From: an uncultured Candidatus Saccharibacteria bacterium | Lineage (GTDB): Bacteria; Patescibacteriota; Doudnabacteria; UBA920 | Direction of reading: 5' to 3' | DNA: 64,000 nt | Assembly: GCA_964436545.1 (NCBI GenBank) | Contig: CAYTCJ010000003.1 | Span: 3,168-67,167, forward strand | Shown here: one piece after another, positions 36,676 to 45,254 of the stretch | Numbering within the stretch: the first letter of the stretch is position 1 | Layout: each line of letters begins with the position of its first letter | Notes under the pieces: model-generated | The model's input: the letters and a program-made list of their open reading frames with translations, nothing else | What the model was told of the DNA's origin: nothing | Databases searched by the model: none | Program-made: the position numbers and the translations under genes

Positions 36676-37299
36676 ATGGGAATTATAGATTTTATTTTAC
36701 ATATCGATGTGCATTTAGCCAACTTGATTGCCCAGTATGGCTTTTTGGCTTATGGCATAATCTTTTTAATTATTTTTGCGGAAACCGGTTTAGTAGTGGC
36801 GCCATTTTTACCCGGCGATTCCTTGCTGTTTGCAGTAGGGGCGTTTAGTGGCGCGGGGCATTTAAATGTATTTTTAGCGTTCTTGCTTTTAACGTTGGCG
36901 GGAATTTTGGGTGATACCACTAATTATTTATTAGGTCGACATGTGGGCGCGAAAGCTTTTGCGAGAGAGAATTCCAAAATTTTTAAACCTGAATATTTGG
37001 AAAAAACCCAAAATTTTTATGTGCAATACGGGGCAAAAGCCATTGTGCTCGCCAGATTTTTGCCGATTCTAAGAACTTTTGCGCCGTTTGTAGCCGGGGT
37101 GGGTAAAATGGATTACGTTAAATTTTTTGTGTTTAATGTTTTGGGTTCGGTATTGTGGGTAAGTGTGTTTTTATTCTTAGGTTATTTTTTCGGCCAAATT
37201 GCCGTAGTCAAAAATCACTTTCAATATGCCGTGTTGGGGATTATTTTTTTATCTTTTCTCCCTATGATTTGGGAATATATTAAATATCATAGAAAGTAA
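36676..37299 (+). CDS. DedA/SNARE-associated family membrane protein
   Basis: FAETGLVVAPFLPGDSLLFAVGAF is the DedA signature. Confidence 0.8.
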   Translation: MGIIDFILHIDVHLANLIAQYGFLAYGIIFLIIFAETGLVVAPFLPGDSLLFAVGAFSGAGHLNVFLAFLLLTLAGILGDTTNYLLGRHVGAKAFARENSKIFKPEYLEKTQNFYVQYGAKAIVLARFLPILRTFAPFVAGVGKMDYVKFFVFNVLGSVLWVSVFLFLGYFFGQIAVVKNHFQYAVLGIIFLSFLPMIWEYIKYHRK

Positions 37300-37312
37300 G
37301 TTGGTACTAAAA

Positions 37313-37346
37313 AATCACCCCTCCGGTGTTCATCGGAGGGGTGATT
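37313..37346. terminator. Bidirectional rho-independent terminator (aatcacccctccg-gtgttcat-cggaggggtgatt)
   Basis: A perfect 13-bp stem between convergent genes. Confidence 0.75.
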
Positions 37347-37365
37347 GCCTAAATCGGAGCTTAAG

Positions 37366-38091
37366 TTATTTAACTTCGCCTAAAACCGCAATTTTAACGG
37401 TAAACATATCGTCAATTACGGCATTGCCTAATTTGCTGGAACCGTAGTTAACTCCCCATTTGGTTCGGTCTAATTGGAGTTGGGATTCCAAAGTTGCCAT
37501 AGTGCCTAAAATGGTGACATCGCCTTTAAAAGTAACGGGTTGGGTAATGCCTTTTATTGTGAGGGTGCCGGAAAATTCATATTGTTTGCCAGTAGGGGTT
37601 TCGCTTAAGACTTTAGCGGTAGTAATGGCTAATTCAGCCGTTGGGTATTTTTCTGCGTCAAAAAAATCCGGAGATTTTAAATGCTTTGAGAGCATATCCA
37701 TTCCATCACCTTTGCCGGTGGTAAGGGCGGTAATGGAAGTCATATCAATGGTGGCGTTAGCTTTAACAATAACTCCATCTTTAATTTCCGCACTGCCTGA
37801 TTTGACATTAATGCTTCCCGCGTCTTCATAATTGGCCACAATTACTTTTCTGCCCACCCAAGCCATTTTGGTGTTTTCGGCAGTTAAAGCCACAGTGCCA
37901 TTTTTGGCATTTTCTTTGGGTAAGGTTTCGGCTGTTTTTTCCTCGGGAGTCTCACTGGGGTTTTTGGTTTGGTTTATATAATCGTCAGAAACTTTTTCAC
38001 TATTTTTTTGTGATTGTTTAGACATAATTACGCCTCCGGCAACAATTATGGCTACAACTACGACTCCCACGCCTAAAACTTTTTTATTCAT
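37366..38091 (-). CDS. YceI-like periplasmic protein
   Basis: Signal/TM at the N-terminus. FDAEKYPTAEL, TLTIKGITQPVTF and the LDRTKWGVNYGS region match the YceI-family pattern. Confidence 0.65.
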   Translation of the reverse strand: MNKKVLGVGVVVVAIIVAGGVIMSKQSQKNSEKVSDDYINQTKNPSETPEEKTAETLPKENAKNGTVALTAENTKMAWVGRKVIVANYEDAGSINVKSGSAEIKDGVIVKANATIDMTSITALTTGKGDGMDMLSKHLKSPDFFDAEKYPTAELAITTAKVLSETPTGKQYEFSGTLTIKGITQPVTFKGDVTILGTMATLESQLQLDRTKWGVNYGSSKLGNAVIDDMFTVKIAVLGEVK

Positions 38092-38183
38092 GCTTTTTTC
38101 CTTTCAATTAATTTTTTTAACTTCAAAATTATAACTAATTTATTTTTGGATTGTCAATTAAAACGCAAATCCTTTATTGTAGT

Positions 38184-39149
38184 TTATTTGTTTGAGACTT
38201 CGGCAGGGGGAGTTTGGGAGTTTTGGTAAGACAGGGCGGTAATGGCACCTAGCAGAATCAGCCCGCCTACAATTTGCATTATCGCCAGTTGACCCCCTGG
38301 AATAAATATCCAATTAATAATTACTGCAGAAAAGGGGAAAGCTAATTCGCACAAAGTGGCAATGCTCGCTTTGGTATGCTGTAAGCCTTTGTAGTAAATA
38401 AATAAAGAAACAAAGCCCGCAATTGTGGCAATAATTAAAACAAATAGCCAATCTTTAGTGGTGGCGTGAGCAATTTCGCCCCAATGGCCTTGGTATGTTT
38501 GGAAGGCCAATAAAAATCCGCCTGCGGTTAAAAACCGAATAGCAGTTAAGGCCTGAAAAGAGAGTTGATTTAAAAGTTTTCTGCCAAACACAGTCGAGCC
38601 TGCCCACAGCCCGGCTGCCAGTAAAGCTAATAAGACGCCTTTGAGGTTAGGGTTAAAGCTTTCGCCCGGGTAAAGTTGAGGTGTAAAGTTAGGGAAACTT
38701 AGCAAATACGCGCCCAAGATCGCAAAGCCAGACCAGAGCCAAAATTTGGCTGAAAGTTGTTCTTTTAAAAAGATAACGGCTAACAGAATGGCAATAATGG
38801 GCTGAATTTTTTGGAGGAGAATGGCTACCGAAGGGTTAACATAGTGAAAGCTTTGGGTAAAGGCTATGGTAGCCAGTGCACTGCCTCCTATACCAATAAA
38901 GACAACATACCCCCACTCTAGGCGGGTTAAAGTTTTTAGTTCGGACAGGTATTTATTTAAAAACCATAACACTAAAACCGCAATCACCAAATGCTCCATA
39001 AGCACAATAGTGCCGGAAGATAGATCGCCGGTTAAATATTTTCTAAAGGGCGCATCTATAGTCCAAAGCAGAGCAGAGAAAAAAACTAACCAAGGCGCAA
39101 AACGAGATGAAAGCATAGGGGAAATAGAGTTATGAATTATGTCCCGCAA
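38184..39149 (-). CDS. DMT-superfamily transporter (EamA-like, 10 TM)
   Basis: Two EamA-like halves with about 10 hydrophobic helices. Confidence 0.7.
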   Translation of the reverse strand: MRDIIHNSISPMLSSRFAPWLVFFSALLWTIDAPFRKYLTGDLSSGTIVLMEHLVIAVLVLWFLNKYLSELKTLTRLEWGYVVFIGIGGSALATIAFTQSFHYVNPSVAILLQKIQPIIAILLAVIFLKEQLSAKFWLWSGFAILGAYLLSFPNFTPQLYPGESFNPNLKGVLLALLAAGLWAGSTVFGRKLLNQLSFQALTAIRFLTAGGFLLAFQTYQGHWGEIAHATTKDWLFVLIIATIAGFVSLFIYYKGLQHTKASIATLCELAFPFSAVIINWIFIPGGQLAIMQIVGGLILLGAITALSYQNSQTPPAEVSNK

Positions 39150-39180
39150 AGCGGGATCCGCCTTTGGCGGAAATTATGAA
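39141..39180. repeat. Palindromic element: gtcccgcaaagcgggat + ccgcctttggcgg + aaattatgaa
   Basis: Two perfect hairpins. A longer version with an extra middle unit lies at 55711-55770. Confidence 0.7.
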
Positions 39181-39292
39181 GTATGAATAAAGCTTCAGAC
39201 AGAGTGGTTAAGAGTCAGATGACAAAGCTTTGGGTTTTTGCTAAAGTAAATTAATTAGCGATGGATAAATTATACCATAATAATAAAAAAAT

Positions 39293-39673
39293 ATGTTTAT
39301 TGACGAAGACGAATTAAAAGCTAAATTAAGTCCCAAGCAGTACCAAATTTTAAGAGAAAAAGGCACAGAAGCGCCGTTTTCCAGTGAACTGCTGAACGAA
39401 AAGCGTCCCGGACAGTTTAAGTGCGTTGTATGTGGCAACCAGTTATTTGCTTCCGACGCCAAGTTTGACAGTGGCACAGGTTGGCCGAGTTTTGATAAGG
39501 CCCTCCCCGGAGCAGTAAACTTCACAGAAGATTTGAGCCATGGCATGCGCAGGACGGAAATTACTTGCGCTGAATGTGGCAGTCATTTGGGGCATATCTT
39601 TGATGATGGCCCCACTTCCACAGGTAAGCGGTTTTGCATTAATGGGGCGTGTTTAGTTCACAAACCAAATTAA
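39293..39673 (+). CDS. msrB: Peptide methionine-(R)-sulfoxide reductase
   Basis: The CVVCGNQLF...CAECGSHLGHIF SelR zinc and catalytic motifs, with GWPSF. Confidence 0.9.
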   Translation: MFIDEDELKAKLSPKQYQILREKGTEAPFSSELLNEKRPGQFKCVVCGNQLFASDAKFDSGTGWPSFDKALPGAVNFTEDLSHGMRRTEITCAECGSHLGHIFDDGPTSTGKRFCINGACLVHKPN

Positions 39674-39726
39674 AATAGGACTTACAGTCCGTATGTTCTA
39701 TAGTGGGTAGGATTCTAAAAAACAGT

Positions 39727-39849
39727 TGTCATTCCGGAACCCTGAGTGCATCCGAAGTGGTATCCGGAATCTACACAAAAATAGCATGGATCCCGGATAT
39801 CCCGCCTTTTGTTCCCAAGAGCGGAATTCCGGGATGACACAACAAAGAT
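39727..39849. repeat. MITE-like element with 13-bp terminal inverted repeats (tgtcattccggaa / ttccgggatgaca)
   Basis: The terminal inverted repeats have one mismatch. Inside are repeats of atccggaat / atcccggat and a ccgcctttt unit. The track ORF at 39726-39908 is probably non-coding. Confidence 0.6.
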
Positions 39850-39868
39850 TGCGTTTAGAATTCAAACA

Positions 39869-40975
39869 CTATATAAAATTTTTGGATTCTGCGCCCACAG
39901 CTTCTTGAATGTGGTGGTAGTTGTCTTGTTTTAAAAGTTTAACTAAATCGTAATTAATTTCGCCAATCAGTTGGGGACCTTGGTAGATCATACCGGTAAT
40001 CAGCTGAATTAAAGACGCGCCCAATTTAATTTTTTTATACGCATCTAAAGCATTAAAGACTCCGCCACAACCAATTATCAATTTTTTTCCGTGGTAAAAA
40101 TTATAGACTGTGGCAATTAATCGGTTGGTTAGGGCTTCTACAGCCTTGCCGGAAAAACCGCCTTTGCCCACGTGGTTAAATACATTATTTTTGGTTAAAT
40201 TGGCACACACAAAACCATCTACGGGGTAGGTGGCACAAACCGTGAGGATTTGAGTGAGCTGGGCTTCGGGTAAATCGGGCGAGAGTTTAATAAAAACCGG
40301 TTTGGGTTTAGGGAGTTTAAAAATTTCGGTTAACAATAAAGTTAAATTTTCCGGTTCGGCAAAAATGGGTTTTTCTTCACAGGTGTTAGGACAGCTAATG
40401 TTAATGGTAATATAGTGCCCCAAATCGTGAAAGATGTGGTAGCTGGTTAAGTAGTCACGAATGCCGTTTGCTACGTTAGAGGTGGTGGGGGAATTGGTTT
40501 TAGCCAAACTAATTCCCACGGGGAAAGTAAAAGTTAAGGGTTTTAAAAATTGGTAAATGGCCGGAGCGCCAAAATTTTTAAGCCCGTAATTGACTCGTAA
40601 AGTTTGTTGTTCGGGTAAACGCCATAATCTGGGTGGCTGGTTGCCTTGATAGGGTAGCGCGGTAAGGGATCCAACTTCTTCAAAACCAAAACCCACACTG
40701 GGTAAAATTTGGGTGAGTTTAGCGTCTTTGTCAAAGCCCGCAGCCAGCCCAATGGGGTTATTAAACCGGATGCCTAAAAGGGTTTGCTCTAAGGCAGGGT
40801 GAGTGTAGGAGAAGCTCTGTTTGGTGAGGGCTGTTAAAATTTTTGATTGGCCGGCCAAAAACCCAATCTTTCCCACCCAATCATGCACGGTTTCCGGATC
40901 AAACAGAAAGAAGAGTTTTTTAATTAAGTGTCTGTACCAAAAGCCAAAAATTTTAGCTCTTAAAAACATATACAA
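39869..40975 (-). CDS. pyrD: Dihydroorotate dehydrogenase (quinone), class 2
   Basis: N-terminal membrane-association helix, FNNPIGLAAGFDKDA and the C-terminal GGV/IIGxGG FMN-binding motifs. Confidence 0.85.
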   Translation of the reverse strand: MYMFLRAKIFGFWYRHLIKKLFFLFDPETVHDWVGKIGFLAGQSKILTALTKQSFSYTHPALEQTLLGIRFNNPIGLAAGFDKDAKLTQILPSVGFGFEEVGSLTALPYQGNQPPRLWRLPEQQTLRVNYGLKNFGAPAIYQFLKPLTFTFPVGISLAKTNSPTTSNVANGIRDYLTSYHIFHDLGHYITINISCPNTCEEKPIFAEPENLTLLLTEIFKLPKPKPVFIKLSPDLPEAQLTQILTVCATYPVDGFVCANLTKNNVFNHVGKGGFSGKAVEALTNRLIATVYNFYHGKKLIIGCGGVFNALDAYKKIKLGASLIQLITGMIYQGPQLIGEINYDLVKLLKQDNYHHIQEAVGAESKNFI

Positions 40976-40978
40976 AAT

Positions 40979-42334
40979 GTGTTAAAATATACTCGCATCA
41001 TAACACTCCTTATGTTAAATCGCAAAATTATCTATTGGGGCGAACAAACCCAAAAAGCTTTGGCTAATTTTCCTTTTTCCGCTCCCAAAACGCCTTGGGG
41101 GTTAATTGTGGCGTTTGCGCAAATTAAATTATCCGCAGTGACGGCAAATTACGCCAGCAAACGGGTAAGTAAAAAACAGTTTGAGGCCATCTCCCGCGCT
41201 TGTAAAGAAATTATCCAAGGCCAGTGGGCCGAGCAATTTGTTTTGCCCGCTTTGCAAGGCGGAGCCGGCACTTCTTTGCATATGAATGTTAACGAAGTAA
41301 TTGCCACTCGGGCCACGGAAATTTTAGGGGAAACTATCCATCCCAATGACTTGGTAAATTTAGGTCAATCCACCAACGATGTTAATCCTTCCGCCTTAAG
41401 AATAGAAAGTTTTCGGCAGGTTAACCAGTTAGCGGAGGTTGTGAGGGAGGCGATTAAAACTTTAAAGCGGTTGGCGCATAAAAATCGGCATCATTTAAAA
41501 CTCGGACGGACGCATTTGCAAGATGCCGTGCCCATTACTTTAGGCGAGGAGTTTTTGGCTTATGCCGACACTTTGGACAACGAATTAAATAAAGTTATGG
41601 GCGCGCAAAAAGCTTTACTAAACTTAAATTTGGGCGGTACGGCAGTGGGTAATAGTGTTAATGCGCCTGTGGCGTTTAGGCAGGCCATGTATAAAGCGTT
41701 AAGAACAATCACCCAAATTAATTTTCGGGAAGCGAAAAATAAAATGGCGCAAACCGGTACTGCCGGAGATTTTTTTTCCCTGTCTGGTGCGCTTACCGGT
41801 TTAGCCGGAGCTTTGAGTAAAATGGCGAATGATTTAAGATTACTGGCCAGCGGGCCCAAAGGGGGTTTAGGCGAAATTAGTTTGGCGGAATTGCAGAAAG
41901 GTTCCAGCATTATGCCCGGTAAGGTTAATCCGGTATTGCTGGAAGCTCTTAATCAAGTTTATTTTTTAGTCTCGGGCAATAACCACACCATTGAACTCGC
42001 TATGTCAGGGGCTCAACTGGAGCTTTCGGCTATGGGTCCGGTAGTGGCGTTTCGGCTACTGGAAAGTTTAACGTTGTTACGGGAAGTGGTGCAGGTGACC
42101 ACTGAGAAGTGTATAAGATTAATTGAGCCAGTGCCGGCTAACTGTTTTAAGCATTTAAAAGCTTCTACCGCGGTTGCCACTCTGTTTACTCCGGTACTGG
42201 GGTACGATGTCGTAGCCGGTTTGGTTAAAGAGAGTTTAAAACAGCAGGTAGACTTTTTAAGTCTAATTCAAACCAAGCAGTTATTGAATCAACAGCAAAT
42301 TGATAAACTTTTAAAACTAAAACCCTCGGCTTAA
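40979..42334 (+). CDS. Aspartate ammonia-lyase / class II fumarate hydratase family lyase
   Basis: GSSIMPGKVNP is the fumarate-lyase signature. The likely start is the ATG at 41012 (MLNRKIIYWGEQTQ...). Confidence 0.8.
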   Translation: MLKYTRIITLLMLNRKIIYWGEQTQKALANFPFSAPKTPWGLIVAFAQIKLSAVTANYASKRVSKKQFEAISRACKEIIQGQWAEQFVLPALQGGAGTSLHMNVNEVIATRATEILGETIHPNDLVNLGQSTNDVNPSALRIESFRQVNQLAEVVREAIKTLKRLAHKNRHHLKLGRTHLQDAVPITLGEEFLAYADTLDNELNKVMGAQKALLNLNLGGTAVGNSVNAPVAFRQAMYKALRTITQINFREAKNKMAQTGTAGDFFSLSGALTGLAGALSKMANDLRLLASGPKGGLGEISLAELQKGSSIMPGKVNPVLLEALNQVYFLVSGNNHTIELAMSGAQLELSAMGPVVAFRLLESLTLLREVVQVTTEKCIRLIEPVPANCFKHLKASTAVATLFTPVLGYDVVAGLVKESLKQQVDFLSLIQTKQLLNQQQIDKLLKLKPSA

Positions 42335-42347
42335 TGCAGAGGGTTTT
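42319..42347. terminator. Bidirectional terminator (aaaaccctc-ggcttaatgca-gagggtttt)
   Basis: A perfect 9-bp stem between convergent genes. Confidence 0.65.
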
Positions 42348-42351
42348 AAGT

Positions 42352-42753
42352 TTAGCTAACTGGAGAAGTGCAGAAAGCACATTTTTTCGCTTGCAGGGGA
42401 ATTTCGCTAAAACATTCGGAGCATTTTTTGCTCGTAGGGTCCGCGGGCGGAGCTTTTTTCATTTTAGCGAGCAGAGTGTTCATGGGTAAAACCACAAAGA
42501 AGTACACCGCGCCGGAAACCATTAAGAAAGCAATGAGCGCATTAATAAACTTGCCCAGCATAAATTTACTGCCATTGAGAGTAAAGGTTAAATTGCTAAA
42601 ATCCGGCACTTTGGCAATGGCGCCAATTAAGGGAGTTAAGACATCGGCCACTAAGGAGCTGACAATTCCGCTAAAAGCCGCGCCAATTACCACCCCAACG
42701 GCGAGGTCCACTACATTTCCGCGTAAAATAAATTGTTTAAAACCATTGAGCAT
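42352..42753 (-). CDS. mscL: Large-conductance mechanosensitive channel with C-terminal Cys4 tail
   Basis: NVVDLAVGVVIGAAF is the MscL signature. The C-terminus CSECFSEIPLQAKKCAFC resembles a zinc ribbon. Confidence 0.8.
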   Translation of the reverse strand: MLNGFKQFILRGNVVDLAVGVVIGAAFSGIVSSLVADVLTPLIGAIAKVPDFSNLTFTLNGSKFMLGKFINALIAFLMVSGAVYFFVVLPMNTLLAKMKKAPPADPTSKKCSECFSEIPLQAKKCAFCTSPVS

Positions 42754-42790
42754 ATTTTTTCCTTTTTACGATGTAAAAAACATCGCTTAA

Positions 42791-43471
42791 TTATGAAGGT
42801 TGAATATTTATTTTTTTAATGATTTTTATTAATTCCCCCATATGGTGAATAATAAAGTGGGGCTTGTGTTGTTTTAAGCGTTTTTCGGTATTATAACCGC
42901 CGGTAATGCCTACGGTATAATAGCCTAATTGTCTGCCAATTTCAATTTCTTCTTCGGTATCGCCAATGCTTAAGACTTCGTGGGGTTTAAATTTTTGAGT
43001 TTTCACATAACTCGCTAATTTTTCGCCTTTACTGCGTTTGTGAAGCAAGCCTTCGTCTTTATGGGTTCTGGCTAAAATGGTGGTAATGTAAGGTTTTAAA
43101 TGTAAACGGTGGAGTTGCCGGTTAATTAATTCCACAATATGGTTGGAATAAATAATGCTGTGATAGTGGTTGGTTTTTAGCCAAGTGAGGGTTTGGCGAA
43201 CGCCGGCTCGGCTCCGGCATCTGGTAGCTTGGCTTTCGTAGATATCGTTATAGATTTTTTCTATTTCATCCATATGCTGGGAAAAAAATTGTTCATCCAT
43301 ACCCACTCGTTTCCAATATTCAATAATGGGAATATGAAAGCACTGGCGAAATTTATTTATGCCAATGGGCGGGTGACCAAATTTTTTTAAGGCAATGTTT
43401 TCGGCCTTGACCGCAGTTTGGGTGTCGGACAAAAGCGTGCCGTTCCAGTCAAAAGCAATGAGTTTGAGCAT
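42791..43471 (-). CDS. HAD-superfamily hydrolase (phosphoglycolate phosphatase-like)
   Basis: FDWNGT motif I, with motifs II and III present. The track ORF extends to 43576 through repeat DNA, so the ATG at 43471 is the likely start. Confidence 0.7.
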   Translation of the reverse strand: MLKLIAFDWNGTLLSDTQTAVKAENIALKKFGHPPIGINKFRQCFHIPIIEYWKRVGMDEQFFSQHMDEIEKIYNDIYESQATRCRSRAGVRQTLTWLKTNHYHSIIYSNHIVELINRQLHRLHLKPYITTILARTHKDEGLLHKRSKGEKLASYVKTQKFKPHEVLSIGDTEEEIEIGRQLGYYTVGITGGYNTEKRLKQHKPHFIIHHMGELIKIIKKINIQPS

Positions 43472-43790
43472 AGAGAAGAGGGGCAGGTTGGTAAGTTGTA
43501 AGTAAGTTGTAAGAAGAGATATTAGAGAAGCAGGGTAAGTTGCCTGCCGGCAGGTAAGTAAAGTATACCAGCTCATTGAGACTCAGTAAACAAGCGAGAG
43601 AAGATAAGTTAAATTGCGATGCTAATATGCGAATACATGCTAATAATGCGAATAAATCCATATAGCCATTGGCTAATAGGCAGGTAAGGAGAGAGGGATA
43701 GAGATTAGAGAAGAGGGATTAGAGATTAGAGAAGAGAGAAGTAGGGAGTAGATAGGGAAAAAGAAAAAAGTAAAAAAATTAACAAGGTGC
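43472..43790. repeat. Low-complexity/short tandem repeat region containing a gtaagttg-cctgccggcagg-taagt unit
   Basis: It holds GTAAGTTGTAAGT, AGAGATTAGAGAAG and GAGAAGAG repeats. The 43533-43557 unit is of the same kind as the eno in-frame insert. Confidence 0.6.
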
Positions 43791-44851
43791 GTAAAAAGTT
43801 GTATAATTGGGATATGTTACCAGCCAAGTCAAAATTTAATCCGGAATTAAGACGCGTAGCCCAAATGGCTAAAGAGGCGGGTATGAATGAAGACCAAAGA
43901 CGCGTGCTGTTATCTAGACAAGAAGTTCCTCCGCCAAACGGATATAAATATGAGTTGCCATATACGAGCGGAGATGTGGGTTTTGCGGAAGTGATGGCAG
44001 AGGCAGGTAAAAATGGAAAATTAAAACAAACTTTATTTGAAAGTTTAACTTTTCAGGGCATACCTAAAATTCAGGCCGAAGATATTCGGATTTTGGCAGA
44101 AAGGTTAAGGTGCGCTAGAGAAGCATTAGAGCACAGACCTCAAGTGGAATTACAGAATGCTTATAAGGTTTCTTTAACCGAAAGTGAAATACAGTCTTTT
44201 AATTGGGCAGTAAGGTTTTTTGAAGAGTGGTTTTATCGGGGTAAATGGGCGGAATTGTCTAAACCACGGTCTTATGCCAGAGAAAATGCTTGGGCGGATT
44301 TTTTTGTACCCGCGACTTTGTTAAACACTATGGCTAAAATTAAAGAACAGTCTCTTGATGTGAGTCGATTGAAGCAAATTAATAGAGAAAAAACAGATGA
44401 GTTTGTCGGTCGGGTAAAGGGTTATGCAGAAAATGTGCTTAAAAAAGCATCGTCCAGTTTAAAATTGTTTGACTCAGCGACAGAATTGTTAGTCGGCGAT
44501 TTAGAAGAAACATATAGTAACGCCGAGGTAGGTACTCGCGGATCAATCTGGGCTGACGATTTATATTTTATGAAAGTTTCGCTTATTGCGGGGGAATTTG
44601 CCAGAAGAGATTATTGTCAAGCTCAAGCACATAATCAAGTTTACGAGTTTGACCCGGAAAGTATACTGGTAGATTTACATGGTAATCCAATTACAACCGG
44701 TAATGATTTAACGGAACCAGATAAAATTTGTTTACAACCAATTCATGAAGATTTTCTTTATTCCATGCATTATAGAAGATATGAACTCCCTTTTGCTCGT
44801 GTGGCGTTTGAATATTTTAGGCAACAACAAAATCATAAAAATAATCATTAA
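43787..44851 (+). CDS. Hypothetical protein (354 aa)
   Basis: A long ORF with normal composition and no recognised motif. Confidence 0.5.
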   Translation: MRKKLYNWDMLPAKSKFNPELRRVAQMAKEAGMNEDQRRVLLSRQEVPPPNGYKYELPYTSGDVGFAEVMAEAGKNGKLKQTLFESLTFQGIPKIQAEDIRILAERLRCAREALEHRPQVELQNAYKVSLTESEIQSFNWAVRFFEEWFYRGKWAELSKPRSYARENAWADFFVPATLLNTMAKIKEQSLDVSRLKQINREKTDEFVGRVKGYAENVLKKASSSLKLFDSATELLVGDLEETYSNAEVGTRGSIWADDLYFMKVSLIAGEFARRDYCQAQAHNQVYEFDPESILVDLHGNPITTGNDLTEPDKICLQPIHEDFLYSMHYRRYELPFARVAFEYFRQQQNHKNNH

Positions 44852-44871
44852 TTTAAAAAATATGCTAAAAC

Positions 44872-45050
44872 AAGAAAACTGGGAGCTGGGCGAAAGACAG
44901 CCGGTGCCCACACCCGAAGCCGATAAGGCACAAGAACAAAAACCAATTTATCACGAAGGAGATGTCGCGGATGGTGGAGATGGTAATAGATATAAGACCG
45001 ATGGTCAGGGTAGGTGGGAAAAAGTCAGGCCGAGTGATGGAATGTTTTAA
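44872..45050 (+). CDS. Possible small acidic/Gly-rich protein (59 aa)
   Basis: The first ATG after the upstream stop. The upstream part of the track ORF overlaps the previous gene. Confidence 0.25.
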
Positions 45051-45254
45051 CGCATTAGTAAGTTTACTAAAGGCGATCTTCGTCATTTTGACAGTTTACC
45101 AATTAAGTGACATATGTCACTTAATTGGTAATGGTAAAAATTATTTTTAGCTGTGGTATAATACAGTTATGCTAAATATCCAAGAAATAAAAAAAAATTT
45201 ACCCCGTTAGAGAAATGAAATTTCGTTTTCTTATTCGGGTGAAAGGTTAGTTAA

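Noticed and set aside
39726-39908. 60-aa ORF
   Set aside because: It lies entirely within the MITE-like inverted-repeat element (39727-39849). There is no start context, and the repeat structure is a better explanation.
44745-44871. Upstream portion of track ORF 44745-45050
   Set aside because: It overlaps the C-terminus of the 43787-44851 gene in another frame. Only the portion after the first downstream ATG (44872) is retained, as a low-confidence small ORF.
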